Shown in pieces: positions 1-11,451 of a stretch of DNA of 64,000 bases; position 1 is the stretch's first letter; each line of letters begins with the position of its first letter. The stretch spans positions 32,001 through 96,000 of the forward strand of contig JBIIPZ010000001.1 in the NCBI GenBank assembly GCA_044342325.1, written 5' to 3'. Made by a program: the position numbers and the translations under genes. Below the pieces are notes generated by a model. The model was not told where the DNA came from, did not search any database, and saw only the letters and a list, made by a program, of their open reading frames with translations. The DNA is from Terrimicrobiaceae bacterium. Lineage in GTDB: Bacteria > Verrucomicrobiota > Verrucomicrobiia > Chthoniobacterales > Terrimicrobiaceae.

Positions 1-2
1 AA

Positions 3-1292
3 CCAATCATCAAAGCCAAAAACGACGGCACCATCCGTTTCAACGAACTCAAAGTCGTGGAAACAGTGGACAAGACATTCGTTGTTCTCAACAAGAACGG
101 AACGATTACGCTTCACGCAAAGGACGGCCGTGAACTCGAAAGCTACAACATCGTTGTCGGTTCGGTCATCTCCATTGCTGACGGCAGCACGGTTAAAAAA
201 GGCGTCACACTCGTGCAGTGGGATCCTTACAACGTTCCGATCATCACTGAAAAAGCAGGTCGCATCGAATTCCGCGACATGATCCCTGGCGTCACTATCC
301 GTCAGGAGATCGACGAATCTACAGGCGTTCGTGGCAATGTCGTCATCGAGCACAAAGAGGATCTTCACCCGCAGATCATTGTTGTGGACGAGGCAAAAAA
401 CCTCCTCGCCAGCTACTCGATTCCCGCTGGGGCCCATATCGAAGTCAAGGAAGGTGCCAAAGTCCCAGCCGGACAGCGCGTCGCCCGAACACCTCGTAAG
501 ATTGGCAAAACAAAAGACATCACCGGTGGTCTCCCACGCGTCGCCGAGCTTTTCGAAGCCCGCCGTCCGAAGGATGCCTGCGACATCGCCAAAATTGATG
601 GCATCGTTGAAATCGGTGGCACAGTCCGCGCCAAACGCCGTCTCATCGTCAAAGACGCTGATACCGGTGCCGAGGAAGAGCACCTCATTCCGCTCAACAA
701 GCACATCATCGTCTTCAAAGGCGATCTCGTTAAGAAAGGCCAGCAACTCACCGAGGGTCCAGTCGTCCCACACGAGATTCTCGAAATCTGCGGACCCCAA
801 GAGCTCCAAGAACACCTTCTCAATGAGGTTCAGGAGGTCTACCGTCTGCAAGGCGTGGAAATCAACGACAAGCACATCGAGATCATCGTTCGTCAGATGC
901 TGCGCAAGGTGAAAATCACCGAGCAAGGTGACACCAGCCTCCTCTGGGGCGATCAGGTGGACCGCCTCGCGTTTGAGAAAGAAAACGAAGAGGTCATTGC
1001 CAAGGGTGGAAAGCCAGCCGAAGCAAGCCCTGTGCTTCTTGGTATCACCAAAACCGCGCTCGAGACCGACAGCTTCATCTCCGCAGCATCCTTCCAAGAC
1101 ACAACACGCGTCTTGACCGAAGCCGCCACACTTGGCAGGGTCGACCGACTCCGCGGCTTCAAAGAGAACGTTATCATGGGCCACCTGATCCCCGCAGGCA
1201 CCGGCTTTGAGACAAACCGCAAAATCGAAATCACACAAGTCGGCGACGCTTTCGGAGCCGATAAAAAAGAATCACAAAAAGCCGCAAGCTAA
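3..1292 (+). CDS. rpoC: RNA polymerase beta' subunit, C-terminal part (5' end outside window)
   Basis: Motifs [59 protein letters not shown]; frame open from the window start. Confidence 0.98.
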   Translation, partial: PIIKAKNDGTIRFNELKVVETVDKTFVVLNKNGTITLHAKDGRELESYNIVVGSVISIADGSTVKKGVTLVQWDPYNVPIITEKAGRIEFRDMIPGVTIRQEIDESTGVRGNVVIEHKEDLHPQIIVVDEAKNLLASYSIPAGAHIEVKEGAKVPAGQRVARTPRKIGKTKDITGGLPRVAELFEARRPKDACDIAKIDGIVEIGGTVRAKRRLIVKDADTGAEEEHLIPLNKHIIVFKGDLVKKGQQLTEGPVVPHEILEICGPQELQEHLLNEVQEVYRLQGVEINDKHIEIIVRQMLRKVKITEQGDTSLLWGDQVDRLAFEKENEEVIAKGGKPAEASPVLLGITKTALETDSFISAASFQDTTRVLTEAATLGRVDRLRGFKENVIMGHLIPAGTGFETNRKIEITQVGDAFGADKKESQKAAS

Positions 1293-1307
1293 TCCACCAC
1301 CCATATC

Positions 1308-2057
1308 ATGTCAGAAGCCACAGCAAACCAACCCAGCATCGAACTCATGACGGAACTCCTCGAGGCCGGCGTCCATTACGGACACCAGACCAAGCGATGG
1401 AATCCCAAGATGCGCGATTACATCCTCGAGGAAAAAAATTCGATTTACATCATCGACCTCGGGCTCACCGTCGAGCAGATCGATAGCGCGACCAAATACC
1501 TTCGCGACCTCGTTCGCAATGGTGGAAAAGTTCTCTTCGTCGGAACCAAAAAACAGGCCCAAGGTGCCATTGCCGAAGCAGCCGAAGCGACCGGTCAGTT
1601 CTATGTCAATCAGCGCTGGTTGGGCGGAACACTCACCAACCTCACCACCATCCGCCGCAGCGTGGCCCGTCTCAAAGAGATTCAAGCCCTTGAGAAATCC
1701 CCGGCCTTCGCCAAGATCAACAAAGCCGAGGCTTCGTCCATTCGCCGCGAGGGTGCCAAGCTCCTCCACAACCTCGGTGGCATCGCCGAAATGGGCAAAC
1801 TTCCCGACGTCATGGTCGTCATTGATACCGTGCGCGAGGAAATCGCCGTAGCCGAAGCCAACCGCCTCGGAATCCCAGTCATCGCCATCGTCGATACCAA
1901 CAGCAACCCGGAGAAAATCGCCTACCCGATTGCCGGAAACGACGACGCCATCCGCTCGATCCGCGTGGTCCTCTCCAAGTTGGTCGAAGCCATCCTCGAT
2001 GGCAAAGGCGCCGGAGCCAAGGCCCGCAAACCCGAACTCGCAGCGGTCTCCGAGTAA
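1308..2057 (+). CDS. rpsB: 30S ribosomal protein S2
   Basis: [39 protein letters not shown]. Confidence 0.98.
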   Translation: MSEATANQPSIELMTELLEAGVHYGHQTKRWNPKMRDYILEEKNSIYIIDLGLTVEQIDSATKYLRDLVRNGGKVLFVGTKKQAQGAIAEAAEATGQFYVNQRWLGGTLTNLTTIRRSVARLKEIQALEKSPAFAKINKAEASSIRREGAKLLHNLGGIAEMGKLPDVMVVIDTVREEIAVAEANRLGIPVIAIVDTNSNPEKIAYPIAGNDDAIRSIRVVLSKLVEAILDGKGAGAKARKPELAAVSE

Positions 2058-2119
2058 ACAGCAGTAAATCCGACTGATCCTTCAGATCAGTCCGATTCGA
2101 CCGATCCAATAAAATTACC

Positions 2120-2719
2120 ATGTCCGAAATCTCAGCAACTCTCGTCAAAGAACTCCGCGAAAAAACCAACGCGGGGATGATGGATTGTAAAAAAGCCCTC
2201 ACCGAAGCCGGTGGCGATCTCGCCGCCGCCGAGGATCTTCTCCGCAAAAAAGGCATCGCCAGCGCCGGCAAGAAGGCCTCTCGCGAAGCGAAGGAAGGCA
2301 CCATTGCTTCCTACATCCACCTCGCCGGCAAAGTCGGCGTCCTCGTCGAAATCAATTGCGAAACCGACTTCGTTGCCAAAAACGAAATCTTCCGCGATTT
2401 CGTCAAAGACGTCACTCTCCACATTGCGGCTTCGCATCCGCTCTATGTGACTCGTGAACAGGTCCCGGCCGACCTCATCGCCCGCGAACGAGACATCGCC
2501 GCCGCACAAGTGCAAGGCAAACCCGCCAACATCGTGGACAAGATCGTCGATGGCAAAATCGACAAATTCCTTGGCACCATTTGCCTTCTTGAGCAGCCCT
2601 TCATCAAAAATCCGGAGACGACCATCAAAGACCTCGTCTCCAGCAAAATCGCGGAACTCGGCGAAAATATCATCATTCGTCGATTCACCCGCTACACCGT
2701 AGGCGAAGAGCTCGTCTAA
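2120..2719 (+). CDS. tsf: Elongation factor Ts (short form)
   Basis: VKELREKTNAGMMDCKKAL, EINCETDFVA; follows rpsB. Confidence 0.98.
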   Translation: MSEISATLVKELREKTNAGMMDCKKALTEAGGDLAAAEDLLRKKGIASAGKKASREAKEGTIASYIHLAGKVGVLVEINCETDFVAKNEIFRDFVKDVTLHIAASHPLYVTREQVPADLIARERDIAAAQVQGKPANIVDKIVDGKIDKFLGTICLLEQPFIKNPETTIKDLVSSKIAELGENIIIRRFTRYTVGEELV

Positions 2720-2732
2720 GGATAAACCTCTC

Positions 2733-2773
2733 AAAACGGGGTTGCGGTTTTAAAGCCGCAACCCCGTTTTTTT
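2733..2773 (+). terminator. Intrinsic terminator after tsf
   Basis: aaaacggggttgcgg-tttaaa-gccgcaaccccgttttttt stem plus U tract. Confidence 0.9.
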
Positions 2774-2863
2774 GCGCCCATTGCTTTTTTCCAATCTCCT
2801 CTTGCCAGCACCAAAATCAGAACCCTTGAAGTGCAAGGAAAGCGTGTGACACGCGATGGCCAA

Positions 2864-2887
2864 GGGGGCATGGGCGTCCCGCCCGTG
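2864..2887 (+). repeat. Single REP-like palindrome
   Basis: gggggcatgggcgtcccgcccgtg; short GC hairpin with a CGTCCCG core, similar in style to the CGTCTCG-core repeats elsewhere in the window. Confidence 0.45.
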
Positions 2888-3014
2888 TCGGCACTGATTT
2901 TCATTTCGAATGGGATCATTCCCATCAGTCCATCGTTTCCCATGGATCACCGCCGCAAAATCTTTGAAAATATCTCTCTTGATGCCCCGCCTGCGATTCG
3001 TGTTGAGTCCGCTT

Positions 3015-4172
3015 ATGTTTGATCTTCGTGCATGCCTCGTCTGGCTGCTGGCTTTGGTGGCTTTACCCTTGCCGGTCCTTTGCACCGAACCCGCTGAGGC
3101 TCCTGCGGCAAAGATTCAGGCCCCTTCGCCCGATGCTCCTGAGCGCATCGAACTCTGCCGCGTTCAGATTTTTTTGGACCGCGCCGGTTTTCGTCCCGGG
3201 AAAATTGACGGCCTCGGCGGGGAGTTCACCCAGAAGGCGGCTGACCGCTACTGCGATTCGCTCGGTGTGCCACGCGGAACCATTCTGGATGTTTCTTCCG
3301 TGACGGCTCCCTATCGCGACTATGTGATCTCGGAGGAGGATGCGCAGTGGGTCGGTCCGTTCGCCTCCCAGCCAGCCCAGCAGGCCAAACTCAAATCCCT
3401 CAAATACGCTACGCTCTGGGAGGCTATCGCCGAGCGGTTCCATTGTGACCAGAAGTTTCTCGTCGAGCTGAATCCTCAAGTCACCGAGCCCGCCGTCGGC
3501 ACTGTCGTCCGAGTTCCTGATGTGAAGGAGTTCCGGATGTCGGATGTCAAAGCTCTCGAAAAAGAACGCGCCTCAAAGACTAAGTCTCCCGCCACTCTCG
3601 CCATCGCGGCGACCCTTCCTCCACCCCCGCCGCCTTTGCCTTTGGCTTTGCCTGCTTCCTATGACCTGTCAAAGCCTATCCAACCTTCGCCCATTGAGCA
3701 GGCGCCCTTGTCGACTCCTTCACCGACTCCAACGCCTGAACCCACTCCAGTAGCCGCTCCCGAGCCTAAGCGCTCCATCGTCCTCCTCCGCAGCGAGCGC
3801 CTGATTGAGCTTTACGAGGATGGTCGCATCGTCGCCTGTTTCCCCTGCACGCCGGGTTCGGCAAAAATCCCCGTGCCCTTGGGGAAATGGAAGATCACCA
3901 GTAATATCCTGCTTCCACATTTTCGTTGGGACAAATCGGTCCTCGAGACCGGCGTCCGCAGCGAGAATGCCTTCCTGCTTCCTCCCGGTCCGAACAGTCC
4001 GGTCGGCATCGTTTGGATGGGAATCAACCGTCCGAGTATCGGCATGCACGGCACGAATACCCCCGACCGTATCGGACGAAATGAAAGCAGTGGCTGCATC
4101 CGCCTCGCAAACTGGGACGCTTTCACCCTCTGCCAGCTTGCGAAAGCAGGCACACCGGTCGAGGTGCGCTGA
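3015..4172 (+). CDS. L,D-transpeptidase (YkuD/ErfK family) with peptidoglycan-binding/LysM-like N-terminal region
   Basis: PPGPNSPVG and IGMHGT...SSGCIRL catalytic motif; QIFLDRAGF.PGKIDG PG-binding-like segment; Pro-rich linker; start uncertain. Confidence 0.88.
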   Translation: MFDLRACLVWLLALVALPLPVLCTEPAEAPAAKIQAPSPDAPERIELCRVQIFLDRAGFRPGKIDGLGGEFTQKAADRYCDSLGVPRGTILDVSSVTAPYRDYVISEEDAQWVGPFASQPAQQAKLKSLKYATLWEAIAERFHCDQKFLVELNPQVTEPAVGTVVRVPDVKEFRMSDVKALEKERASKTKSPATLAIAATLPPPPPPLPLALPASYDLSKPIQPSPIEQAPLSTPSPTPTPEPTPVAAPEPKRSIVLLRSERLIELYEDGRIVACFPCTPGSAKIPVPLGKWKITSNILLPHFRWDKSVLETGVRSENAFLLPPGPNSPVGIVWMGINRPSIGMHGTNTPDRIGRNESSGCIRLANWDAFTLCQLAKAGTPVEVR

Positions 4173-4174
4173 TT

Positions 4175-5011
4175 TTATTTCTTGGGTAGGACGATTTCGA
4201 GACGGCCGTTCTTGTATTCCATCTTGAGTTCCTCGCCGCGCACCGGCCCGGGCAGTGTCATGGATTGAGTCGATGAGCCGGAGCTGAAGGCGGTCGCTCC
4301 GCCTGCCGCAGACTGTTTCTCATGCCTCGAGGTGATGGTGACCGCGCGCTCGTTGTCCACATTCACGCTCACATTGCGGGCCTGCTCCTCGGGAATAGCG
4401 GATGTGAGAAGATAAGCGTCGCCTCGGTCTTCGAGTTTGAATCCAGAACCCGCCGTCTTGCTTTGCAACTGCGGAGCGATACTCCCGAGGAGGCTGCCGA
4501 AGAGATCCTGCGCAGCAGGCGCTGCGCCGGCGGTGGGAGCGTCTTCCTGGTTCATTTGCTGAAGCATGTTCGCCGCTTGCGAGAGCACTTGATCGCGTAG
4601 CGCATCGAATCCTGCATCCAGCGGAATCCGCGCCGGAAGGGCCATGCCGCCGACGGATGCAGCCGGCTCGCCTTTGGGGATTGAAATAACAAGCTGCCCA
4701 TCTGCTCTTTTGATGCCGAGCGCGGCGTCCGCTTGCGCCTTGGGCAGCGCGATGCGCTGTTCGTAACGCACGCCGCCCTCTGAGGCGCCGGAGTCCAGAA
4801 TCAAGGTGGATCCAGCAAGACGCACATTCACATCCGTCATCTCAGGAACTCCGACTCGAACGGAGTAGGCCGAAGTTTCCTCCCGGACATCCACAGAGGA
4901 GTTCAGAATCGGCTTGGCGGAGTCTGCGGCGGAAAGCCCGGTGGGGGCGGTAAAAAAAATTGCCAACGCCAGTGGCGCGGCGAGGAGAGTGGATTTAGTC
5001 ATGCGTTTCAT
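4175..5011 (-). CDS. Exported protein with two Hsp20/alpha-crystallin-like domains
   Basis: Signal peptide; two segments ending in DGQLVISIPK and YKNGRLEIVLPKK. Confidence 0.65.
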   Translation of the reverse strand: MKRMTKSTLLAAPLALAIFFTAPTGLSAADSAKPILNSSVDVREETSAYSVRVGVPEMTDVNVRLAGSTLILDSGASEGGVRYEQRIALPKAQADAALGIKRADGQLVISIPKGEPAASVGGMALPARIPLDAGFDALRDQVLSQAANMLQQMNQEDAPTAGAAPAAQDLFGSLLGSIAPQLQSKTAGSGFKLEDRGDAYLLTSAIPEEQARNVSVNVDNERAVTITSRHEKQSAAGGATAFSSGSSTQSMTLPGPVRGEELKMEYKNGRLEIVLPKK

Positions 5012-5052
5012 TGGGCTTTGCTCAGAAAAAGACAAGTGACCGCCGGGTTTGT

Positions 5053-5412
5053 TCAATCAAGTTGCGCCTTGGATTTTGAAAAGACGACCAGCGTCCATCC
5101 GGCGAGCAACAGTAGGCCGCCTATAGGTGTGACCGCTCCCAGCCAGCGGATATTCGTCACAGCGAGAATATAGAGGGATCCCGAGAATATGATGACTCCC
5201 GCCGTCCAAAGCCAGACAGGCGAGGGACGCCTCTCTGCAGCCCAAAGCGCTGCGACGGCGTGGAGGAGGTGGTAGAGAACGGCTGTTTGCCAGATGGAGG
5301 CCGTGTCATTTGCCGCGAGAATGTTTTTGAGCCCGTGCGCCCCGAAGGCTCCCAGTGCGACTCCTATGAAACCCAGCACGCCTGCCACCTTTGTTGTGAT
5401 CATGTCCGGCAT
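5053..5412 (-). CDS. DUF423 (YgdD/TMEM256) membrane protein
   Basis: VALGAFGAHGL, FSGSLY, LGAVTPIGG. Confidence 0.9.
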   Translation of the reverse strand: MPDMITTKVAGVLGFIGVALGAFGAHGLKNILAANDTASIWQTAVLYHLLHAVAALWAAERRPSPVWLWTAGVIIFSGSLYILAVTNIRWLGAVTPIGGLLLLAGWTLVVFSKSKAQLD

Positions 5413-5451
5413 GCTTGCACGAAAACCCATGCCGCGACAATATCCCGCCGT

Positions 5452-7299
5452 ATGGGATCGCTCCTCCTCGGTATTCTCTGCGCAACGCTCCTCTGCTATT
5501 GGCTGGGAGCGCGATATTACAGCCGCTTTATCGAGCGGGCACTTGGAGTGGACCCGTCCCGCCCGACAGCTGCCGTTCTCAAAAATGACGGCTCCGATTT
5601 CCTGCCAACCAAGTCCTACATTCTCTTCGCCCACCATTTCGCCGCCATCGCCGGTGCGGGGCCAATCGTGGGACCCACGCTAGCTGTCGTTTACGGCTAC
5701 CTGCCTGCCCTCGTCTGGATCGTCATAGGTGCCACGCTCATGGGCGGCGTCCATGATATGGTGACGCTTTTTATTTCCACACGCGAGGAGGGGCGCTCCG
5801 TGGCCGATATAGCCCGGCAGTATCTGGGGCCGTTTGGTTATGTCTGTATCGTGAGTTTTCTTGTGATCGGGCTCTTCATGATCACAGCCACATTTTTGAA
5901 TCTCAGCGTCACCGCCCTCACGAGCATGTATCCGGCTGAGAAGCTCGGAATGGAGCCCGCCGCCCGTGCAGAGTTGGACGCCGCGATGCAGTTGCCCGCC
6001 GACCACATGGGTATGCACCCTTTCCATCAGGGTGGGGGACTGCCTACAGCTGTGGCTTTGAAAGACGGCCAGCCCGTTCTGTTGGCGCGGATCGGCGGCA
6101 TTGCATCCACTAGCGTTCTTTTTATAACGCTCTGCGCTCCCTTGCTCGGGCTCCTCATTTACCGCCTCCACACTCCGGCTTGGATGAACTACGCGATCGC
6201 CTCGCTTCTGTGTGGGGCCTCAGTTGTTCTGGGTCTGTATTTTCCGATTGTCGTCACGCCGGATGTCTGGCGCTTGCTAATGACATTTTATGTCATCCTG
6301 GCCTCCGCAATTCCTGTCTGGCTGCTCCTCATGCCGAGGGATTTTGTGAATGTGCAAATCCTCTACGCAGGCTTGCTGGCAGTCGTGCTTGGACTCGTCA
6401 TTGCCGGCGTGAGTGGAAACTTTGCCTCCATCCCGGCCGCACCGCAAAATCTGGCAGAGGTCATTCCCGCATGGAGTCTGGACAGCGGCCTTCAGTATGT
6501 CGGCGTCCTCTGGCCCATGCTTTTCATCACGGTTTCCTGCGGGGCGATCAGCGGTTTTCATTGCCTGGTTTCAAGCGGCACAACGGCACGCCAACTCGCC
6601 TGCGAGCGCCATGCCGGCAAGGTGGGCTACAATGCCATGTTGCTTGAGTCTTTGCTGGCGGTCTCGATCATCCTCACGCTTTTGATTGGCTTGGATTGGC
6701 AGAGTTACCTGCAGATCACCTACACGGAGAAAAATCCCGTTCTCGCGATCTCTCTCGCGACGGGAAGCCTCGTGAATCTCGCATTCGGCCTCCCTGTCTG
6801 GAGTGGCACGGTGCTGGGTATTTTGCTCTTGGAGGGGTTTGTGGTCACCACCCTCGATGTGGCGGTGCGCCTGAATCGGTATCTACTCGAGGAAGTCTGG
6901 CGATTTCTTTTCCGTAACCCACCAGCGATTCTGCGCGGTGTCTGGTTCAATACGCTCCTCTGCGCCGGTGTTATGTTTCTGCTGTCGCGCTCGAACAGCC
7001 TGCCTGTGCTGTGGCAGGTCTTCGGTTCGGCGAATCAAATGATGGGCGCCATGGCGTTGTTGGTCGCCGCCGTGTGGCTTCGCGATCATGGACGGCGGAC
7101 TCTCTTTGTGCTCATCCCGGCCATTCTCATGTTCGCCACCACATTCGCCTCGACGGGGCTCTCACTCATAAAAAATTTCCGCGAGTCGAATTGGGAGCTC
7201 GTTGCGGCCTGTGGAATCCTGATCGTGCTGGGCATCTGCACCGCCTTCATCGGTGCACGGAAACTCCTCACGCCACCTCGCAGCATCCAAAGCGTCTGA
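5452..7299 (+). CDS. cstA: Carbon starvation protein A family transporter
   Basis: HHFAAIAGAGPIVGP, ITVSCGAISGFHCLVSSGTT, FGSANQM; many TM helices. Confidence 0.92.
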   Translation: MGSLLLGILCATLLCYWLGARYYSRFIERALGVDPSRPTAAVLKNDGSDFLPTKSYILFAHHFAAIAGAGPIVGPTLAVVYGYLPALVWIVIGATLMGGVHDMVTLFISTREEGRSVADIARQYLGPFGYVCIVSFLVIGLFMITATFLNLSVTALTSMYPAEKLGMEPAARAELDAAMQLPADHMGMHPFHQGGGLPTAVALKDGQPVLLARIGGIASTSVLFITLCAPLLGLLIYRLHTPAWMNYAIASLLCGASVVLGLYFPIVVTPDVWRLLMTFYVILASAIPVWLLLMPRDFVNVQILYAGLLAVVLGLVIAGVSGNFASIPAAPQNLAEVIPAWSLDSGLQYVGVLWPMLFITVSCGAISGFHCLVSSGTTARQLACERHAGKVGYNAMLLESLLAVSIILTLLIGLDWQSYLQITYTEKNPVLAISLATGSLVNLAFGLPVWSGTVLGILLLEGFVVTTLDVAVRLNRYLLEEVWRFLFRNPPAILRGVWFNTLLCAGVMFLLSRSNSLPVLWQVFGSANQMMGAMALLVAAVWLRDHGRRTLFVLIPAILMFATTFASTGLSLIKNFRESNWELVAACGILIVLGICTAFIGARKLLTPPRSIQSV

Positions 7300-7313
7300 G
7301 CGCCGCAGAGATC

Positions 7314-7676
7314 TTACTCGCCGCGATAGCTGCAGCGGGCGAACGGAGTTTCGTGAATCACGATCTCGGCGAGCCCCGGCAGTTGGGGTGAGAGTTTCTT
7401 CCAAAGCCAGCCAGCCATCATTTCAATCGTGGGATTTTCGAGTCCGGGGACATCGTTCAGATAGCTGTGGTCGAGTTCCTCGATGATTGGCTTCATCGCG
7501 GCGCTGATGAGAGCGTGGTCGTAGAGCCAGCCAGTCTCGGGATTCACTTCGCCTTCGACGGAAATTTCGATCGTGAAGGTATGGCCGTGCAGCCTCGCGC
7601 ACTTGTGACCGGCGGGCACTTTCGTGAGGCTTTGGGCGGCTTCGAGAATGAAATCTTTGGTGAGACGGACTTTCAT
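7314..7676 (-). CDS. queD: 6-carboxytetrahydropterin synthase
   Basis: KCARLHGHTF, LDHSYLND, ENPTIE, VIHET. Confidence 0.92.
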   Translation of the reverse strand: MKVRLTKDFILEAAQSLTKVPAGHKCARLHGHTFTIEISVEGEVNPETGWLYDHALISAAMKPIIEELDHSYLNDVPGLENPTIEMMAGWLWKKLSPQLPGLAEIVIHETPFARCSYRGE

Positions 7677-7797
7677 GGCGGTGTGTTATACCGAGGCCGC
7701 CCGTGTATCCCAATTTAATTTCGCGATGACTTTCTCCTTGCCCTCGCGCCCTCTGAGTGAGACCTTTTCCGCCTTCATTAACAAAACGAAATAACAA

Positions 7798-8061
7798 ATG
7801 GCAAAAGCAGCAGTAGTTAACGGGGCGGATTCCCTTCGCCTTCACGAAAAAGACACCGGCAGCGCGGACGTTCAGATCGCGCTCCTTACTAAACGAATCA
7901 GCTCACTCACCGAGCACTTGAAAGTCAATGCGAAGGATCATGCATCCCGCCGTGGCTTGCTCAAGCTCGTCGCCACACGGCGCAGTTTGCTTGATTACCT
8001 CAAGCGCACGGCTTCAAGCCGCTACGCGACGGTGCTTGAGAAATTGGACCTTCGCAAGTAA
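7798..8061 (+). CDS. rpsO: 30S ribosomal protein S15
   Basis: [26 protein letters not shown]. Confidence 0.98.
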   Translation: MAKAAVVNGADSLRLHEKDTGSADVQIALLTKRISSLTEHLKVNAKDHASRRGLLKLVATRRSLLDYLKRTASSRYATVLEKLDLRK

Positions 8062-8077
8062 CGCGACTTCCTCACTC

Positions 8078-8106
8078 AAAGCCCCGTTTATCAGCGGGGC
8101 TTTTTC
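8078..8106 (+). terminator. Terminator-like hairpin between rpsO and pnp
   Basis: aaagccccg-tttatcag-cggggcttttt. Confidence 0.75.
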
Positions 8107-8157
8107 CTAAAATCCGCCCGCCAACTTCTGGCGGGCACTTACGCAATTATATATAAT

Positions 8158-10287
8158 ATGTCCCATACCACTACAGCCCAAGCGGGCTCCTCACCCATCA
8201 TTTTTGAATCCGGCAAACTCGCGAAACTCGCTGACGGCGCCGTAACTGTCCGCTGCGGCGACACAATCGTGATCGTCACAGCCGTCTCGGCTACCACCAT
8301 CAAGGAAGGCCAAGATTTCTTCCCGCTCACCGTCGAATACAAGGAAAAGGCCGCAGCAGTCGGAAAATTCCCCGGCGGTTACTTCAAGCGCGAAGGCCGT
8401 CCCACCGAGAAGGAAATCCTCACCGCCCGCATGACCGACCGTCCTCTGCGTCCGCTCTTCCCCAAGGGCTACCTCTACGACACTCAGATCATCACGCTCC
8501 TCTTGAGTGCGGATGGTCAAAATGACCCTGACATGCTCTCGATCAACGGTGCCTCCGCCGCGCTTTGCGTTTCGGACATTCCGTTCGCAGGCCCCGTCGG
8601 CGCCGTTCGCGTCGGCCGCATCAATGGCGAGTTCGTCATCAACCCGACCCACTCCGACCGCGAGCACAGCGACCTCGACCTCGTCTATGTCGGCGATGGT
8701 GAGAAGGTCATCATGATCGAAGGCGCCGCCACAGAACTTCCCGAAGCGGAGTTCAACAAAGCCCTCGACTTCGCCCGCGACGCCGTGCGCGTCATTGTTC
8801 AAGCTCAGCGCGACCTCGCCGCAGCAGTTGGCAAAGCCAAACGCAGCGTGCCACTCTTCTCGGTTGCCGACTCGATCTCCGAAGTCGCCTACCAAGTCGC
8901 AGGCGACCGCATCGAATCCGCCATCTACACATCCGGCAAAGTGGCCCGCAGCAAAGCCATCGGCACTCTCCGCGAGGAAGTCGAAAAAGCCGTGCTCGAA
9001 AAATTCCCGACCGCCTCGAAATTCGAAATTTCCCAGGCCTTCGATTACCTGCAGAAAAAAGCCTTCCGCGTCAGCATTCTGGATCGCCAAAAGCGCTGCG
9101 ACGGTCGCGGATTTCATGACCTCCGCCCGCTCTCCGGCGAGGCTGGTCTTCTTCCCCGCACGCACGGTTCGGCCCTCTTCGCCCGTGGCGAAACCCAAGC
9201 CCTCGGCATCGCCACCCTCGCTCCGGCTGAGGAAGCTCAGATGATCGACTGCTACGGCGGTGGACCCGACACGAAGCGCTTCATGCTTCACTACAACTTC
9301 CCGCCCTTCAGCGTGGGTGAGACCGGCCGTTTCGGTGGTCAAAACCGCCGCGAAATCGGCCACGGCGCTCTTGCCGAGCGTTCGATCGAGGCAGTCATCC
9401 CAAGCGAAAAAGACTTCCCATACGCACTCCGCGTCGTCAGCGAGGTGATGGAATCTAACGGTTCCACCTCCATGGCCAGCGTGTGCGCGGGCGTTCTTGC
9501 CCTCATGGACGCAGGCGTGCCACTCAAGGCCCCTGTCGCCGGCATCTCCGTCGGTCTCGTGACCGAATACGAAGGCGAAACCCTGAAGCGCTACACCACT
9601 CTTACCGACATCATCGGCAGTGAAGACCACTTCGGTGACATGGATTTCAAACTCTGTGGAACATCCGAAGGCGTCACAGGCTTCCAGCTTGACCTCAAGC
9701 TCCCCGGCATCTCCCACGAGATCATGTTTGAGGCCGTCGCCGAGGCAAAGACCTCGCGCACGAAAATCCTTGATGTGATGAACGGCATCCTTGCCGCACC
9801 ACGCTCCGAGTTGAGCCAATACGCGCCACGCATCGAAACCATCCGCATCAACCCCGACAAAATCGGTCTCATCATTGGACCAGGCGGCAAAACGATCAAA
9901 GGCATCGTTGCCGAGACAGGTGCCGAGATCAATATCGAGGACGACGGAGCCGTGCACATCTACTCCAACAATGGCGACAGCCTGAAACGCGCCAAGGAAA
10001 TCATCCTCGGTATGACCAAGGAAATCTCCATCGGCGAACTCTACCAAGGCACAGTCGTATCCATTAAGGAATTCGGCGCCTTCGTCGAAGTCCTGCCAGG
10101 CAAAGACGGTCTCTGCCACATCTCCGAACTCGCCGACTTCCGTGTGAACAAAGTCGAAGATGTCGTGAAAATGGGCGACTCCATCTGGGTCAAATGCATC
10201 GGCGTCGATGACAAAGGCCGCGTCAAACTCAGTCGCAAGGCAGCCATGAAAGACCGCGACGAAGCCGCCGCCGCTCCTCAAGCCTAA
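8158..10287 (+). CDS. pnp: Polyribonucleotide nucleotidyltransferase (PNPase)
   Basis: [38 protein letters not shown] and S1 domains. Confidence 0.98.
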   Translation: MSHTTTAQAGSSPIIFESGKLAKLADGAVTVRCGDTIVIVTAVSATTIKEGQDFFPLTVEYKEKAAAVGKFPGGYFKREGRPTEKEILTARMTDRPLRPLFPKGYLYDTQIITLLLSADGQNDPDMLSINGASAALCVSDIPFAGPVGAVRVGRINGEFVINPTHSDREHSDLDLVYVGDGEKVIMIEGAATELPEAEFNKALDFARDAVRVIVQAQRDLAAAVGKAKRSVPLFSVADSISEVAYQVAGDRIESAIYTSGKVARSKAIGTLREEVEKAVLEKFPTASKFEISQAFDYLQKKAFRVSILDRQKRCDGRGFHDLRPLSGEAGLLPRTHGSALFARGETQALGIATLAPAEEAQMIDCYGGGPDTKRFMLHYNFPPFSVGETGRFGGQNRREIGHGALAERSIEAVIPSEKDFPYALRVVSEVMESNGSTSMASVCAGVLALMDAGVPLKAPVAGISVGLVTEYEGETLKRYTTLTDIIGSEDHFGDMDFKLCGTSEGVTGFQLDLKLPGISHEIMFEAVAEAKTSRTKILDVMNGILAAPRSELSQYAPRIETIRINPDKIGLIIGPGGKTIKGIVAETGAEINIEDDGAVHIYSNNGDSLKRAKEIILGMTKEISIGELYQGTVVSIKEFGAFVEVLPGKDGLCHISELADFRVNKVEDVVKMGDSIWVKCIGVDDKGRVKLSRKAAMKDRDEAAAAPQA

Positions 10288-10309
10288 GCAGCATCACAAA
10301 TCAAAAGAC

Positions 10310-10342
10310 AGGGGCTCCCGCAACCGGGAGCCCCTTTTCTTT
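10310..10342 (+). terminator. Intrinsic terminator after pnp
   Basis: aggggctccc-gcaacc-gggagcccct followed by a T-rich run. Confidence 0.85.
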
Positions 10343-10420
10343 TAAATCACGGTGACAGCCCGGCCCGTTGATCTCAATAAACGAGAGCCACAGTGTGCAA
10401 CAGCGCGGATTTGCGAGGGC

Positions 10421-11206
10421 TCAGGCCGATTTCAAAAACGCGGCGAGAGGGCTCGTGGCGGAGGCGTGATCGAGGCGCATGGGGAGTCCTGCTTCGTGGG
10501 CTTCGCGGGCGGCTTCGACGGTGGCTTTGAAGGCTCTTGCCATGCGCACGGGATCGTCGGCGGCGGCTATCGCTGTGTTCACGAGCACGGCATCAGCACC
10601 CATTTCCAAGGCCTCGGCGGCGTGGCTGGGCGCACCGATTCCGGCATCCACGACAACCGGAACGGTGGCTTGCTTGATGATGATTTCGATCTGCGAGCGG
10701 GTATCTAGTCCTCGGTTGCTGCCGATGGGAGAACCAAGCGGCATCACGGTGGCTGTGCCGACATCCTGAAGCCGCCGGGCCAGAACGGGGTCGGCATTGA
10801 TATAAGGCAGAACAGTGAATCCCTCCTTAACCAGAATCTCCGCAGCCGCAAGCGTCTCGATGGGGTCCGGAAGCAAATAATGCGGGTCGGGGTGAATCTC
10901 GAGCTTCACCCATTGAGGCAAGCCAGCCGCAGCGGCAAGTCGTGCCAACCGCACCGCCTCGTCCGCATTCATCGCTCCGCTGGTATTCGGCAGGAGTAGG
11001 TATTTTTTCGGATCGATAAAATCGAGGATGTTCGCGAAAGGGTCTTTCTTCCCGCTCAGATCGGCCCGCCGCAGCGCAACCGTCACGATCTCGCACCCGC
11101 TCGCGTCCAGCGCATCCCGCATCGTTTCGTTGGAAGAAAACTTGCCGGTTCCAAGAAGGAGTCGGGATGAAAACAAGCGGCCAGCGATGAGGAGTGGTTG
11201 AGTCAC
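10421..11206 (-). CDS. thiG: Thiazole synthase
   Basis: [37 protein letters not shown] start assumed. Confidence 0.96.
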   Translation of the reverse strand: MTQPLLIAGRLFSSRLLLGTGKFSSNETMRDALDASGCEIVTVALRRADLSGKKDPFANILDFIDPKKYLLLPNTSGAMNADEAVRLARLAAAAGLPQWVKLEIHPDPHYLLPDPIETLAAAEILVKEGFTVLPYINADPVLARRLQDVGTATVMPLGSPIGSNRGLDTRSQIEIIIKQATVPVVVDAGIGAPSHAAEALEMGADAVLVNTAIAAADDPVRMARAFKATVEAAREAHEAGLPMRLDHASATSPLAAFLKSA

Positions 11207-11451
11207 AGTTAGTGCATGATGCAATCGGGCGGAATATCGCGCAAGCACAGGGTGCGACTCGTGCTGTTCCAGCCTGTTGCCTAATAGCACTCAAATCCGC
11301 TCAAACAATCCCTTCGGCAATCGATCCTGATTCCTGAAAAAAATTGCCCGCCGCCACAGGAAAAGCTGGAATGTAACCAATGGGCTTCCTCTTCTCTCAA
11401 ATTTCAACAATGCGCCACCGTTGAGCTGCTCTCTGACTTGAACACAGCGGC

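Noticed and set aside
8191..10281. Long antisense ORFs opposite pnp (also opposite hsdM, tsf, pfkA, glnII)
   Set aside because: Shadow ORFs expected from high-GC codon bias; no protein motifs
11207..11451. TPP riboswitch upstream of thiG
   Set aside because: No recognisable TPP aptamer core (GCTGAGA...) on the minus strand
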